Origin: an uncultured Acidobacteriaceae bacterium
GTDB taxonomy: Bacteria; Acidobacteriota; Terriglobia; Terriglobales; Acidobacteriaceae
DNA length: 64,000 bases
Direction: 5' to 3'
NCBI GenBank assembly: GCA_963768645.1
Contig: CAVYIR010000011.1
Span: 87,980 to 151,979, forward strand
Shown here: positions 31,712-42,984 of the stretch, one piece after another
How positions within the stretch are numbered: position 1 is the stretch's first letter
Layout: each line of letters begins with the position of its first letter
Program-made: the position numbers and the translations under genes
The notes under the pieces: model-generated
Told to the model about the DNA's origin: nothing
The model's database searches: none
The model's input: the letters and a program-made list of their open reading frames with translations, nothing else

Positions 31712-32147
31712 TTCTGCATAACCGACTTACATAAGCTGGAGTAATCAGGCTTCCTAGGTTTGGTCTTGACGGGCAGGAACGAAGGAAGGCAAACTGCTGA
31801 ACGAAAACGTCCTGGGTTGACATACCTTCTTGGGCACCTTTCCTGCGCCAATCCGATTGGATATCGGAGAGCATAAAGCTGGAATAAATTGTTCATAAAT
31901 GGTTTGTGAAGACAAGCAACTACAAGAAGGTGGACCGAAGACTTTTGGCCATGGAGGCAAGACTGGCTTATTGCGGTGCCCGAAAGTTATTGGCCATCGG
32001 CAATTTGTAGCTGTCGCTGGAGCCGCTAAGTCCCAGATTCCGCTCTTTATAAAAAACTTACGACTTCTTTACTCTGCGCTTAGGAGCGAAGTGCTCCAAT
32101 GCTGTTGCTGCGATCACGCACCGGCTACTCGTGCGGGAAGGGAAGCT

Positions 32148-32751
32148 ATGAGCAGTCTGTTCTTCATCATCTGCGCTGTAAGCCTCGTATTCTTTACGGT
32201 TTTCCTTTTTCAATGCCGGAGGCCGCATCGTAAGGCGAGGAAGCAGCCGATCGTCCACAAGGTCGCGCCAGCCGAGGCGGTCAATTCTGCCGCGGGACGC
32301 CAATTTATGGCCTATCTCGAGAAGGAGATGGCGGAATTTGTGGTCTCGCATAGTCGCATCAGCGCCCTATTACTGGCTACCGCCGTGCTGCTAGCAATTC
32401 CGACCGCAGTCTATGGGCAGAGAACGCTACCGCCCCCGCCCCCGGCGGTCGATGGTAATCAGCAAATACTACTGGCGGTTCAAAAGCAGCTTGATGCCAT
32501 GCAAAAGCGTATTGAACAGCTCGAAGCGGAACTACCCAATCGTGAGACCGGCCAACCGAGTCGCTGAAGGAGGTCACGGCCACCTACAACTTCACGGTGG
32601 CAACGGATTTGAAATGAAGTACGAGTATCGACGCGATTGGTCGAATCAACCGATCTTCCTCACCAGCGTGCAAAACGTCTTCTCTAAGAAGCAGGACACG
32701 GCGACCGTCGGGGTCATCTGGTGGTTCGGCCGTAAACAAGGGGCATGGTAG
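32148..32751 (+). pseudogene. internally deleted porin-like paralog (N-terminal module plus C-terminal strands only)
   Basis: The N-terminal piece (MSSLFF...AYLEKEMAEFVV...AVQKQLDAMQKRIEQLEAEL) stops at 32567. A different frame then continues ...LQLHGGNGFEMKYEYRRDWSNQPIFLT...DTATVGVIWWFGRKQGAW* (to 32751), which looks like the last strands of a barrel. The barrel body is missing. Confidence 0.55.
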
Positions 32752-32770
32752 CCCGCTTGAGACTCAGGAG

Positions 32771-32863
32771 ATGAACATGCAAGACCTCATCTATGTCGCA
32801 GTCACGATCGCTTTCTTTGCCCTGTCACTGGGCTATGTCCACTTCTGCGATCGCGTGAAGTAA
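32771..32863 (+). CDS. 30-aa hydrophobic micro-protein upstream of kdpF
   Basis: ATG 32771, preceded by AGGAG: MNMQDLIYVAVTIAFFALSLGYVHFCDRVK*. It is a single TM helix ending 9 nt before kdpF. Too short for the ORF track. Confidence 0.4.
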   Translation: MNMQDLIYVAVTIAFFALSLGYVHFCDRVK

Positions 32864-32872
32864 AGGAGGACC

Positions 32873-32962
32873 ATGCACACACAATCGATAGTGATGCTGA
32901 CAGTCTGCGCTTTGGTGATGATTTACCTCTTCTACGCACTGTTGCGTCCGGAGAAGTTCTGA
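32873..32962 (+). CDS. kdpF: K+-transporting ATPase subunit F
   Basis: AAGGAGGA ribosome-binding site, then MHTQSIVMLTVCALVMIYLFYALLRPEKF*. The YLxYALLRPEKF ending is the classic KdpF signature. The stop lies 1 nt before the kdpA ATG. Confidence 0.7.
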   Translation: MHTQSIVMLTVCALVMIYLFYALLRPEKF

Positions 32963-32963
32963 C

Positions 32964-34760
32964 ATGACCGCCAACGGATGGCTTCAAATCGTCGTATTTC
33001 TCGCGCTGATCCTCGCCGTCACCAAGCCCATGGGCGTGTTTATGACGCGGGTGTTCAATCGCGAGCGGACGTTCCTGGATCCGGTACTACGGCCGATCGA
33101 GCGGCTGATCTACCGGATGACCGGCGTGGACGAAAATCACGAGATGCGCTGGACGGAATACGCCAGCGCCATGCTGCTGTTCAGCGCCGCGTCCATGCTG
33201 CTGCTGTACCTGATGGAGCGCGTACAGGGCTTCTTGCCGTTCAATCCGCAAAAGTTTGCCGCGATTCCGCAAGCCTTGGCGTTTAATACGGCGGCGTCCT
33301 TCACCACCAATACCAACTGGCAAAACTACTCGGGTGAAGTGGTCATGAGCTATCTGACCCAGATGGCGGGCTTGGCGTACCACAACTTCACCTCTGCGGC
33401 CGTGGGCATCGCACTGGCGATTGCGTTTATTCGCGGCATCGCTCGCCGTCAGATGCAGACCATTGGAAATTTCTGGGTGGACATGGTTCGCTCCTGCCTC
33501 TGGGTGTTGTTGCCCTTCTGCGTGGCGGGAGCTCTGGTGCTGGTCTCGCAGGGCGTGGTGCAGAACCTGAGGCCCTATGACACGGTGAAACTGATTGAGC
33601 CCCAGCAAGTGCAGCACGTCGGCGCTGACGGCAAGCCCGCGGTGGATGCTGCCGGTAAGGCAGTGATGGATACGGTTGCAACGCAGACCATTGCGCAGGG
33701 ACCGGTGGCGTCGCAGGAGGTGATCAAGGAATTCGGCACCAATGGCGGCGGCTTCTTTAATGCGAATAGCTCGCATCCCTTCGAGAATCCAACGCCGCTT
33801 TCCAATTTCATTGAGCTGTTCCTGATTTTTGCGATTGGTTCAGGCCTGACCTACACCTTGGGACGCATGACGGGGTCGCAGCGCCACGGATGGGCAGTCT
33901 GGGCGGCGATGGCGATCCTGTTCTTCGTAGGCGTCACCGTGGCTTACTGGGCTGAAGCGCGTGGCAACCCCTTGCTGACTGGCGCGGACCAACGGGTCAG
34001 CGCGTCGCAATCGGGCGGTAACATGGAAGGCAAGGACATCCGCTTCGGCATCACCAACACCGCGTTGTGGGCGACGGTGACTACCGACGCGAGCTGCGGC
34101 GCGATCAACGGCTGGCACGACTCCTTTACTCCGCTTGGCGGCATGGTTCCGCTGGTCAACATCATGCTCAGCGAGGTGATCTTTGGCGGGGTAGGCGCCG
34201 GAATGTACGGCATTCTGATCTATGTCGTACTAGCTGTATTCATCGCCGGGCTAATGGTCGGGCGCACGCCGGAGTATCTGGGGAAGAAGATCGAAGCGTA
34301 CGACGTGAAGATGGCCATGCTGGTGGCGCTGGTCTTTCCCCTGGTGATCCTCGTCTTCACCGCGATCTCGTCAGTACATGGATTCGGCACCTCCAGCATT
34401 CTCAATCCTGGGCCACACGGTCTCACCGAAATCCTCTATTCCTTCACGTCGCAAGCTGGCAACAATGGCTCGGCATTCGCCGGGCTAACCACCAACACGC
34501 TTTGGTACAACGTCACTGGCGCCTTCACTATGTTGATCGGGCGTTTCCTGATGATCATTCCCATGCTGGCGATTGCCGGCAATCTGGCACAGAAGAAATA
34601 CGTTCCGCCGTCGCTAGGCACGTTCCCGGTGACCACACCGCTTTTCACCGTGCTTCTGATCGGCGTGATCCTGATCGTCGGCGCGTTGACATTTTTCCCG
34701 GCGCTAAGCCTGGGACCAATCCTTGAGCACCTGCTGATGGCGGCGGGCAAGACGTTCTGA
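32964..34760 (+). CDS. kdpA: potassium-transporting ATPase subunit A
   Basis: 598 aa, polytopic, with conserved KdpA segments ([38 protein letters not shown]). Confidence 0.97.
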   Translation: MTANGWLQIVVFLALILAVTKPMGVFMTRVFNRERTFLDPVLRPIERLIYRMTGVDENHEMRWTEYASAMLLFSAASMLLLYLMERVQGFLPFNPQKFAAIPQALAFNTAASFTTNTNWQNYSGEVVMSYLTQMAGLAYHNFTSAAVGIALAIAFIRGIARRQMQTIGNFWVDMVRSCLWVLLPFCVAGALVLVSQGVVQNLRPYDTVKLIEPQQVQHVGADGKPAVDAAGKAVMDTVATQTIAQGPVASQEVIKEFGTNGGGFFNANSSHPFENPTPLSNFIELFLIFAIGSGLTYTLGRMTGSQRHGWAVWAAMAILFFVGVTVAYWAEARGNPLLTGADQRVSASQSGGNMEGKDIRFGITNTALWATVTTDASCGAINGWHDSFTPLGGMVPLVNIMLSEVIFGGVGAGMYGILIYVVLAVFIAGLMVGRTPEYLGKKIEAYDVKMAMLVALVFPLVILVFTAISSVHGFGTSSILNPGPHGLTEILYSFTSQAGNNGSAFAGLTTNTLWYNVTGAFTMLIGRFLMIIPMLAIAGNLAQKKYVPPSLGTFPVTTPLFTVLLIGVILIVGALTFFPALSLGPILEHLLMAAGKTF

Positions 34761-34770
34761 GGCTTCCAAC

Positions 34771-36804
34771 ATGGCAAGAAGTAAATCGAAATCGAAAGCT
34801 GTCTGGCAGGGCAAGATCGTGCGGCGCGCGATCGTGGATTCTTTTCTGAAGCTCGACCCGCGTCACATGATGGCCAACCCTGTAATGTTCGTGGTGGAAA
34901 TTGGCAGTGTGATCACCACGGTATTGCTGTTCCGCGGAGGCGCAGCTTTCAAGTTCAATTTGCAGATTACCTTGTGGCTGTGGTTCACCGTACTGTTCGC
35001 CAACTTCGCGGAAGCCATGGCCGAGGGTCGCGGCAAAGCCCAGGCGGACACGTTAAGGAAGGCACGATCCGAGACGATCGCCAACCGCATTGTGGATGGT
35101 GAACGAACCGAGCAGGTGCAAAGCTCGAAGTTGCGCGCCGGAGATGTGGTTTTGGTATCTGCGGGAGAACTTATACCTTCGGATGGAGAAATCATCGATG
35201 GCGTAGCCTCGGTGGACGAATCCGCCATCACCGGCGAATCGGCCCCGGTGATCCGTGAGTCGGGTGGCGATCGATCCGCGGTTACGGGCGGAACGCGCGT
35301 GCTCTCGGACCAGATCAAAGTGAAGGTCACGTCGAACCCCGGCGAAACCTTCCTGGACCGCATGATTGCCCTGGTGGAAGGCGCGGAACGGCAGAAAACT
35401 CCAAACGAAATTGCGCTGAACATTTTGCTGGCAGGGCTCACCATTATCTTTCTGCTGGCCGTGGTTACGCTGCAGCCGTTTGCTATCTACTCGGGCTCGC
35501 CACAAACAGTATTCGTGCTGGTTTCGCTACTGGTGTGCCTGATTCCCACAACCATCGGCGGTTTGCTCTCGGCCATTGGTATTGCTGGCATGGATCGGCT
35601 CATTCAGCACAACGTGCTGGCCATGTCGGGGCGCGCGGTCGAAGGCGCTGGCGACGTGAACACCTTGCTGCTCGACAAGACCGGTACCATCACGCTGGGC
35701 AATCGGCAGGCTGCGTCTTTCATCCCTGCTCCGGGCGTGACGGAAGCCGAAATGGCCGACGCCGCACAGCTTTCATCGCTCGCCGACGAGACGCCGGAGG
35801 GCCGCTCGATTGTGGTGCTGGCCAAAGAGAAGTACGGCTTGCGCGGACGCGAGTTGTCCACGCACGAAATGGAGTTCGTTCCGTTCACCGCACAGACTCG
35901 AATGTCAGGTGTGAATATGAACGGCAATCAGATTCGCAAGGGTTCGACGGACGCTATCGAGCGCTATCTGGCCCAGAACGGCGTTACCATGCCTGCCGAG
36001 GTACAAGCCAGCGTAGAACTGATTGCTCGCTCGGGGGGCACGCCGCTGGTGGTGGCCGAACAACGTCGGGCCCTCGGAGTGATTCACCTCAAGGACATCG
36101 TGAAGGGCGGAATGCGCGACCGCTTCGATCAGTTGCGGGCAATGGGCATTAAGACCGTAATGATCACCGGCGACAACCCGCTAACGGCGGCGGCGATTGC
36201 GCGCGAAGCCGGTGTGGATGACTTCCTCGCTGAGGCAACGCCCAAAGAAAAGATGGACCTAATCCGTCGAGAACAGTCAGAAGGCAAGCTGGTTGCCATG
36301 ACCGGCGACGGAACCAATGATGCCCCAGCGCTGGCCCAGGCCGACGTTGGCGTAGCTATGAACACCGGCACCCAGGCAGCCAAGGAAGCCGGGAACATGG
36401 TTGACCTGGATTCCAATCCCACCAAGCTGATCGAGGTGGTTGCGATCGGCAAGCAGTTGTTGATGACTCGCGGTTCGTTGACTACGTTTTCCATCGCCAA
36501 CGATGTAGCCAAATATTTTGCGATTATCCCGGCGATGTTTGCCGGAACGTTTCCGGTGTTGAACGCGCTGAACATCATGCGGTTGCGCACGCCGGAGTCG
36601 GCGGTCTTGTCGGCGGTGATTTTCAATGCGGTAATCATCATCGCGCTGATTCCGCTGGCCCTGCGCGGCGTAAAGTACCGGGCCCTTAGCGCCGCCGTCC
36701 TGCTGCGGCGCAACCTGCTCATCTATGGACTGGGCGGCATCATCATCCCGTTCATCGGGATCAAGCTGATTGACATGATCATCGCGGGTGTCGGACTGGC
36801 GTGA
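34771..36804 (+). CDS. kdpB: potassium-transporting P-type ATPase subunit B
   Basis: 677 aa with phosphorylation motif [19 protein letters not shown] and [18 protein letters not shown]. Confidence 0.97.
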   Translation: MARSKSKSKAVWQGKIVRRAIVDSFLKLDPRHMMANPVMFVVEIGSVITTVLLFRGGAAFKFNLQITLWLWFTVLFANFAEAMAEGRGKAQADTLRKARSETIANRIVDGERTEQVQSSKLRAGDVVLVSAGELIPSDGEIIDGVASVDESAITGESAPVIRESGGDRSAVTGGTRVLSDQIKVKVTSNPGETFLDRMIALVEGAERQKTPNEIALNILLAGLTIIFLLAVVTLQPFAIYSGSPQTVFVLVSLLVCLIPTTIGGLLSAIGIAGMDRLIQHNVLAMSGRAVEGAGDVNTLLLDKTGTITLGNRQAASFIPAPGVTEAEMADAAQLSSLADETPEGRSIVVLAKEKYGLRGRELSTHEMEFVPFTAQTRMSGVNMNGNQIRKGSTDAIERYLAQNGVTMPAEVQASVELIARSGGTPLVVAEQRRALGVIHLKDIVKGGMRDRFDQLRAMGIKTVMITGDNPLTAAAIAREAGVDDFLAEATPKEKMDLIRREQSEGKLVAMTGDGTNDAPALAQADVGVAMNTGTQAAKEAGNMVDLDSNPTKLIEVVAIGKQLLMTRGSLTTFSIANDVAKYFAIIPAMFAGTFPVLNALNIMRLRTPESAVLSAVIFNAVIIIALIPLALRGVKYRALSAAVLLRRNLLIYGLGGIIIPFIGIKLIDMIIAGVGLA

Positions 36805-36810
36805 AGAATC

Positions 36811-37003
36811 TTCACCACGGAGTCACGAAGAGCACGGAGAGAGGTAAAGAAAGCGGACAGCTTGTATTCCCAAACTCGGTAATGGGCGGCCGCTTTTCGA
36901 ATGCTTGGTTACCGATGGGCTTGGGTTCTGTTTCGTACGACTCGGTGCAGGTTCTAGAGATAGTAAGTTAAGACTCCGTGCACTCCGTGTCCTCCGTGGT
37001 GAA
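36811..37003. repeat. MITE-like element with ~30-bp terminal inverted repeats in the kdpB-kdpC spacer
   Basis: TTCACCACGGAGTCACGAAGAGCACGGAG (36811-36839) is the imperfect reverse complement of CTCCGTGCACTCCGTGTCCTCCGTGGTGAA (36974-37003). It fills most of the 225-bp gap in an otherwise compact operon. Confidence 0.6.
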
Positions 37004-37029
37004 AAAAGGCATTCGTAGGGGAAGGAATT

Positions 37030-37614
37030 ATGAAGCAGAATCTCAAGATTGCAATCCTGATGACGATCGTCACCACGGTACTGCTGGGACTGATTTATCC
37101 GCTGGTCGTCACGGGGCTGGCGCAGCTGCTGTTTCGCGACAAAGCCAACGGGCAGCTCCTCTCGCGTAATGGCGAAGTCATCGGCTCGCGAATTATCGGA
37201 CAGGCCTTCGTCGGCCCGGGATACCTGCACTCACGGCTATCGGCGGCAGGAAACGGGTATGACGCTGCCAATTCCGGCGGAACGAATTTCGGTCCGACTA
37301 ATCATCTCTTAATCGATCGTGTGAAAGGCGACGTAACGCGCCTGCAGGCTGAGAATCCCGGACAGCCAGTTCCGATTGATCTGGTGACGACATCCGCGTC
37401 CGGATTGGACCCGGATATCACGCCCGCAGCGGCGGAGTTCCAAGTGCTGCGACTCAGTCGCGAACGTGGCCTAAGCGAAGACCAGGTGCGCCAGATCATT
37501 CGCCAATACACCAAGGGGCGGCAGCTTGGATTTCTGGGCGAGCTGCGCGTCAACGTGTTGGAAGTGAATCTCGCGCTGGACCAAGTGAAGCCAATGCCGG
37601 CACCCACGCGATAG
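37030..37614 (+). CDS. kdpC: potassium-transporting ATPase subunit C
   Basis: 194 aa with an N-terminal TM helix and KdpC motifs (SGGTNFGPTN, TSASGLDPDITP). Confidence 0.95.
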   Translation: MKQNLKIAILMTIVTTVLLGLIYPLVVTGLAQLLFRDKANGQLLSRNGEVIGSRIIGQAFVGPGYLHSRLSAAGNGYDAANSGGTNFGPTNHLLIDRVKGDVTRLQAENPGQPVPIDLVTTSASGLDPDITPAAAEFQVLRLSRERGLSEDQVRQIIRQYTKGRQLGFLGELRVNVLEVNLALDQVKPMPAPTR

Positions 37615-37727
37615 CAAGCGGCGGGGGCCCTCGTAGCGTTTCCTTGGGCGTCATGGTTGGGCATCACAGACGTCCCAAAGCCTCTGAGATATAATCCGCG
37701 TCAACTTTCACAACCCAGGCGGCGTTT

Positions 37728-39272
37728 ATGATCTCGGCGCTTACTCCGTTGGAGTTTCTTTCCCGCAACGCCATCGCATACCGCGACTGCACGGCGGAGG
37801 TGGACGGCAACCGTCGCTTCACCTACTCCGAGATGCAGCACCGCGTGCACTCTTTCAGCGCCGCTTTGCAGCAGGCCGGCATTGCGCCTGGAGACCGGGT
37901 TGCCGTGCTGGCGCGTAATGGATTGCTGCCGCTGGAAGCGCACTTCGCAGTCCCGCTCATCGGCGCGGTGCTGGTCACACTCAACATTCGGCTGCAAAGC
38001 GGTGAGCTGGCCACAATCCTGAACCACAGCGGCGCCAGAATTTTGCTGGGCGATGCTGATCTTCTCACACCGCTGCAGGCGAATCGTGCAGAGATTCCGC
38101 AAGTCGAGCGAGTTGTCTCCGACTACGAGACTTTCCTTAGCGAGGGCCGCAAGCCGGTCGCGCCGCACGCTCCGGGCGAGGACGACGTCATCTCCATCAA
38201 TTACACCAGTGGCACGACCGGCGTGCCCAAAGGTGTGATGTACACCCATCGCGGCGCGTACCTCAATGCCATTGGGGAGGTGGTTGAACACGGACTGTCG
38301 TACCGGTCGGTTTACCTTTGGACGCTGCCCATGTTTCACTGCAACGGCTGGTGTTTCCCCTGGGCGGTCACGGCGGTGGGAGGACGGCACATATGTCTGC
38401 CAGAAGTGAACGCCGAGCGTGCCGTGAAGCTAATCCAGGAAGAGGGCGTCACCCATCTTTGCGGCGCGCCCATCGTGGTGCGTACGCTGACGGAGTACTG
38501 CTCGCATCATGGGATTCGTTTCCGCCCTGAAATAAGGATGGTGGTCGCGGCTGCACCTCCGCCTCCCGCCGTGCTCCGGGCGGCCGAAGCGGTTGGCATC
38601 GACATGACACACGTCTATGGGCTCACCGAAACCTATGGGCCGCACTCAGTATGCGCCTGGCACACGGATTGGGACGATGCGCCGCTGGAGAAGCGTGCAC
38701 TGCTCAAGGCGCGGCAGGGCGTGCCTTACGTGGTTTTTGGGACTGACATGCGGGTGGTGGATGAAGACATGCATGACGTCCCCGCTGATGCACTCACGGT
38801 GGGAGAGGTGGTGATGCGCGGGAACAATGTGATGCTGGGTTACTACCGCGAGCCAGAGGCAACGGCGACCGCATTCCGCGGCGGCTGGTTTCACTCCGGA
38901 GATCTGGCGGTGATGCATCCCGATGGTTATATCGAGGTCCGCGACCGCGCCAAGGACATCATCATCTCCGGAGGTGAGAATATTTCCTCGCTTGAAGTGG
39001 AGCGCGTGTTGTACGAGCATCCAGCCGTGCTGGAGGCGGCGATTGTGGCCCGGCACGATGAGAAGTGGGGCGAGGTGCCGCATGCCTACGTGTTGCTCAG
39101 GGAAGATGCCGTGGTCAGTGAGCAGGAGCTGATCGAGTTTTGCCGCGAGCGCCTGGCACACTTCAAATGCCCGAAGGCGGTACACTTTGGTGCATTGCCC
39201 AAAACCTCGACGGGCAAGATCCGCAAGAACGTGTTGCGCCAGCAAGCGCGGGCAGTAGAAGGAGCTTCGTGA
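37728..39272 (+). CDS. AMP-dependent acyl-CoA synthetase/ligase
   Basis: 514 aa with AMP-binding motif INYTSGTTGVPKGVMYTHRG, plus GWFHSGDLAV and the C-terminal LPKTSTGKIRK. Confidence 0.85.
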   Translation: MISALTPLEFLSRNAIAYRDCTAEVDGNRRFTYSEMQHRVHSFSAALQQAGIAPGDRVAVLARNGLLPLEAHFAVPLIGAVLVTLNIRLQSGELATILNHSGARILLGDADLLTPLQANRAEIPQVERVVSDYETFLSEGRKPVAPHAPGEDDVISINYTSGTTGVPKGVMYTHRGAYLNAIGEVVEHGLSYRSVYLWTLPMFHCNGWCFPWAVTAVGGRHICLPEVNAERAVKLIQEEGVTHLCGAPIVVRTLTEYCSHHGIRFRPEIRMVVAAAPPPPAVLRAAEAVGIDMTHVYGLTETYGPHSVCAWHTDWDDAPLEKRALLKARQGVPYVVFGTDMRVVDEDMHDVPADALTVGEVVMRGNNVMLGYYREPEATATAFRGGWFHSGDLAVMHPDGYIEVRDRAKDIIISGGENISSLEVERVLYEHPAVLEAAIVARHDEKWGEVPHAYVLLREDAVVSEQELIEFCRERLAHFKCPKAVHFGALPKTSTGKIRKNVLRQQARAVEGAS

Positions 39273-40078
39273 TGCCTGAATCGCAAACTACCACCACCGC
39301 TACCAAGTACCAGAACATTCTGTTCGACACCGAAGGAGAAATTGCGGTTGTGACGTTGAACCGGCCGCAGCGGCGCAATGCGCTGTCGCTGGAGTTGATG
39401 ACCGAGCTGATTGAGTGCCTGAACGAAATCGGGCGCGATCGCGCGCTGCGGGCGGTGCTGTTGCGGGCCGCGGGCAAAGTCTTCTCCTCTGGCCATGATT
39501 TGAGCGAGATGGTGGGACGCGATATCAACGAGTATCGCCAGGTGTTCGATGTCTGTACCGAGCTGATGACGCGGGTGCAATCGATTCCGCAGCCGGTGAT
39601 CGCAGAGGTGCAAGGCATTGCGACCGCGGCCGGATGCCAGTTGGTGGCGACCTGCGATTTGGCCGTGGCCTCCGACCAGGCGGCGTTTGCGACCCCCGGC
39701 GTGAAGATTGGACTCTTCTGCACCACTCCCATGGTGGCCCTCAGCCGCGCGGTCGGACGCAAACGGGCGCTGCAGATGCTGCTGACCGGCGAGATGATTG
39801 ACGCGGTGACAGCGGCGGAATGGGGACTGATCAACATGGTCGTTCCGGCCGGCGAACTGGCGGAGCAGAGCCGCAAACTGGCCGTACGCATTGCCGAAGC
39901 CAGCTCGCTGACGGTCGCTCTGGGCAAGCAGGCGTTCTACACGCAGATTGATCTCGACCAGCCGAAAGCCTATGCCTATGCCAAAGAAGTGATGAGCATG
40001 AACTCGCTCGCCGCCGACGCGCAGGAGGGAATCTCGGCGTTTCTAGAGAAACGGCGTGCGTGTTGGACGGGAAAATAG
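39272..40078 (+). CDS. enoyl-CoA hydratase/isomerase family protein
   Basis: The start overlaps the upstream stop (GTGATG). Crotonase motifs VVTLNRPQRRNALS and AEVQGIATAAGCQLVATCDLAVAS. Confidence 0.85.
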   Translation: MPESQTTTTATKYQNILFDTEGEIAVVTLNRPQRRNALSLELMTELIECLNEIGRDRALRAVLLRAAGKVFSSGHDLSEMVGRDINEYRQVFDVCTELMTRVQSIPQPVIAEVQGIATAAGCQLVATCDLAVASDQAAFATPGVKIGLFCTTPMVALSRAVGRKRALQMLLTGEMIDAVTAAEWGLINMVVPAGELAEQSRKLAVRIAEASSLTVALGKQAFYTQIDLDQPKAYAYAKEVMSMNSLAADAQEGISAFLEKRRACWTGK

Positions 40079-40370
40079 CGCTCTCCTCAGTGCTGCACTT
40101 TTGACCTTGAGACTCCAAACGCCAACCTTGCGCGACGGAGTTCCAGCATGGGCTTGGCGCCGTGCTACTTCAGTCCGTCGCAGGTTGTTGGCGGCCTGCC
40201 TCTCGAAAAAACAAGCCTGATAGGACTTGCGCGCTGCTGCCTCGATTCAAAACAAATGGCCTTTTCCATCCAGAGCCGTCGATAGTCTTCTCCATTCCCA
40301 TTTCGCAGCGGACGAGATTGGACGTATAGTAGTGGCCGATATCTTCCACCGGGGTAAACCATGAGTCCTA

Positions 40371-42356
40371 TTGACCGTCCAGGCGGTGCGGAGGGCACCG
40401 TTGAATGGCTGCGTAATCTGGTCTGCGACGCTCCTGTCGCCGGGCCTCCTCGAGGCCATTCCGGATGCCATCGTGGCGGTCAACCAGGACGGAATCGTCC
40501 TCCAGGTCAACTCGCAAACCGAAAGCATGTTCGGATACACACGAGAGGAATTGATCGGACAGCGAATCGAAATGCTGGTTCCGGACCGGCAGCGGGAGCA
40601 GCACCGTCACCACCGCAACCATTTCACGGAACAACCCAAGACGCGCCGCATGGGCGCCGGCTTGGATCTTCGGGCAAGACGGCGGGATGGGTCGGAATTT
40701 CCCGTCGAGATCAGTCTGAGCCCGGTAACCACCGACAATGGAATCGTCGTACTGAGTGCGATCCGCGATGTCAGCGATCGCAAGCGTATTGAAGAGGAAC
40801 TGCGCCGGGCGAACGAAGAGCTTGGCCACCGGAAGGACCGGCAGCTCTGGGAATATCAGAACCGGCTCGCGCTGATTGTCGACTCCTCCCAGGACGCGAT
40901 CATCGGCAAGAACCTCGACGGCATCATCACCCACTGGAACAAGGGCGCCGAAGGTATTTACGGCTATAAGGCCGAGGAGGTGATTGGCAAGTCCATTACG
41001 CTTTTGGCGCCGGCGGACCGCCAGGATGAGATCCCGAAGATGCTGGAGAGTATCCGCAACGGACAGCGTATCGAGCACTTTGAGACGGTGCGGGTGACAA
41101 AAGACGAACGGCGCCTGAATGTTTCAATTTCCATCTCGCCCATTCGCGATGCCACGGGCGAGATCGTCGGGGCTTCCACCATTGCCCGCAACATCACCGC
41201 CCAGAAGAAAGCGGAGGAACAGCTCCGGCAATCGCAGAAGATGGAAGCGATTGGGCGCCTGGCGGGCGGCGTGGCCCACGACTTCAACAATATCCTAGGC
41301 ATCATCACCGCCTGCGCGGAGCTTCTTCGTGATTACGTCCCCGGCGAAGCGCTCCCCCTCGAGATGCTTGGTCACATTCGCGATGCGTCCAAGCGGGGTG
41401 CATCCCTCACGCGTCAACTTCTTGCCTTCAATCGCAAGCAACCCACGCAGCCCAAGGTGTTGGACCTTAATGACCGCTTGAAGGAGGTGTGCAAGCTTCT
41501 GCGTCCGCTGATGGGAGACGATGTCAACGTAGTGCTTTTGCCCAGATCGGAGTTGGCATTTGTGGAAGCGGATCCCAGCCAACTGGATCAGATCGTTTTG
41601 AACCTGGCGGTAAATTCCCGTGATGCGATGCCTCACGGCGGCAAGTTTGTCATCGAGACTGCGACGGCGGACTTTGACGAGGAATTCGTCCGGCAGCATC
41701 CATCCATGAAGCCGGGCCGCTACGTGATGCTTGCGGTGAGCGATAACGGAATCGGTATGGAGGAAGCGACCGTCTCCCGTATTTTCGAGCCCTTCTTCAC
41801 CACCAAAGAGGTCGGCAAAGGAACCGGCCTGGGTCTTGCAACCGTGTACGGCATCGTTCAGCAGAGCGGAGGCCACATCTGGGTCTATAGCGAACCGGGT
41901 CGCGGAACGACCTTCAAGGTGTACCTGCCTTGTGCGGACGATAAGGCCGGACTGGCTCGCGAAACCGAAGAGGCAGCCGTGTTTCCGCGCGGCGAAAAGA
42001 CCACGATTCTTCTGGTCGAAGACGATCCGGTGATCCGCCAGCTCACCGGGCGAATGCTGGAAGCGCAAGGCTACTCGGTGATTGAGGCCGAAGACGGAAA
42101 CTCGGCGTTGGCACAGGCGGCCTCGAACTCAGTTCGTATTGACCTGGTTCTGACCGATGTCGTAATGCGCGGCATGAGCGGCCCGGAACTCGTTTTGCGG
42201 CTTATGGACTCGCATCCTGAGACCAGGTTTCTCTACATGTCGGGTTACACCGGCGAACTGGTCGTGGACCACGGACTGAGCGAGGGCATCGCCTTGCTGG
42301 AGAAGCCATTCACCCGAGCTGCGCTGCTGGGGGCCGTTCAAGCTGCCCTGCAATGA
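40371..42356 (+). CDS. hybrid sensor histidine kinase (PAS-PAS-HisKA-HATPase-REC)
   Basis: Two PAS-like modules, H-box [12 protein letters not shown]-boxes DNGIGM and [13 protein letters not shown], and a receiver (ILLVEDDP...[14 protein letters not shown]). The start is uncertain: the ORF begins at a TTG, and an ATG at 40361 lies in another frame. Confidence 0.85.
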   Translation: MTVQAVRRAPLNGCVIWSATLLSPGLLEAIPDAIVAVNQDGIVLQVNSQTESMFGYTREELIGQRIEMLVPDRQREQHRHHRNHFTEQPKTRRMGAGLDLRARRRDGSEFPVEISLSPVTTDNGIVVLSAIRDVSDRKRIEEELRRANEELGHRKDRQLWEYQNRLALIVDSSQDAIIGKNLDGIITHWNKGAEGIYGYKAEEVIGKSITLLAPADRQDEIPKMLESIRNGQRIEHFETVRVTKDERRLNVSISISPIRDATGEIVGASTIARNITAQKKAEEQLRQSQKMEAIGRLAGGVAHDFNNILGIITACAELLRDYVPGEALPLEMLGHIRDASKRGASLTRQLLAFNRKQPTQPKVLDLNDRLKEVCKLLRPLMGDDVNVVLLPRSELAFVEADPSQLDQIVLNLAVNSRDAMPHGGKFVIETATADFDEEFVRQHPSMKPGRYVMLAVSDNGIGMEEATVSRIFEPFFTTKEVGKGTGLGLATVYGIVQQSGGHIWVYSEPGRGTTFKVYLPCADDKAGLARETEEAAVFPRGEKTTILLVEDDPVIRQLTGRMLEAQGYSVIEAEDGNSALAQAASNSVRIDLVLTDVVMRGMSGPELVLRLMDSHPETRFLYMSGYTGELVVDHGLSEGIALLEKPFTRAALLGAVQAALQ

Positions 42357-42420
42357 AAACGCGCCACGAAATTGTTTCCACGACCTTTGTCGCTGTCGTC
42401 GGGAATTCCGTCCGGGCCAA

Positions 42421-42984
42421 TTACTCGCCACAGATACTTTCAACGGGCATTCTGTTAACCTGTTGGGGACGTGCAATCTGCACGAACTCCGCAGCCGATC
42501 GCGCCGACATGGCGCCGGGCAAGTGTTTCGGCAGGGTACCGAGGAACATCGCGGTTTCGTCGCAGGCATGCAGGCGCGGACACTTCAGGCAGTCTTTGTG
42601 CATCTTGTCGGGCAGCGCTTCTTTGTCCACGACCAGGAAACCCATTTGGGCGAAGAAGTCGGGGATGCGCGTGAACAGACAGATGCAGGTGACGCTCTGC
42701 CGCTTCGCCTCCATCAATAGGGCATCAACCAGTACCCGGCCAGCGCCTCTGCCCTTCGCCTTGGCTGTTACTGTGATGGAGCGAATTTCAGCCAGGTGCA
42801 TTCCATACAAATGCAGCGCGCCGCAACCGACGATTTCGCCATCGTGTTCAACCACGACGAAGTCGCGAATGTTCTCGCAGATCTCCGCCAGCGAGCGCGG
42901 CAGCAGCGTTCCATCAGCCACGTGCACCTGAATCATTTGCTCGATGCTGATGGCATCGGGAAGGGTTGCGCTACGTGCATGCAT
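42421..42984 (-). CDS. GNAT N-acetyltransferase, ArgA-like (short form), last gene of the arg operon
   Basis: 187 aa with a GNAT core (VVVEHDGEIVGCGALH...TVTAKAKGRGAGRVLV). The start overlaps the argH stop by 14 nt. Confidence 0.65.
   Translation of the reverse strand: MHARSATLPDAISIEQMIQVHVADGTLLPRSLAEICENIRDFVVVEHDGEIVGCGALHLYGMHLAEIRSITVTAKAKGRGAGRVLVDALLMEAKRQSVTCICLFTRIPDFFAQMGFLVVDKEALPDKMHKDCLKCPRLHACDETAMFLGTLPKHLPGAMSARSAAEFVQIARPQQVNRMPVESICGE

Noticed and set aside
32568-32770. There could be a riboswitch or leader (for example a c-di-AMP ydaO-type element) upstream of the kdp operon.
   Set aside because: I could not recognise any conserved riboswitch core by eye, and the interval is largely explained by the C-terminal remnant of the deleted porin gene. 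An Rfam/Infernal scan would be needed to exclude it.
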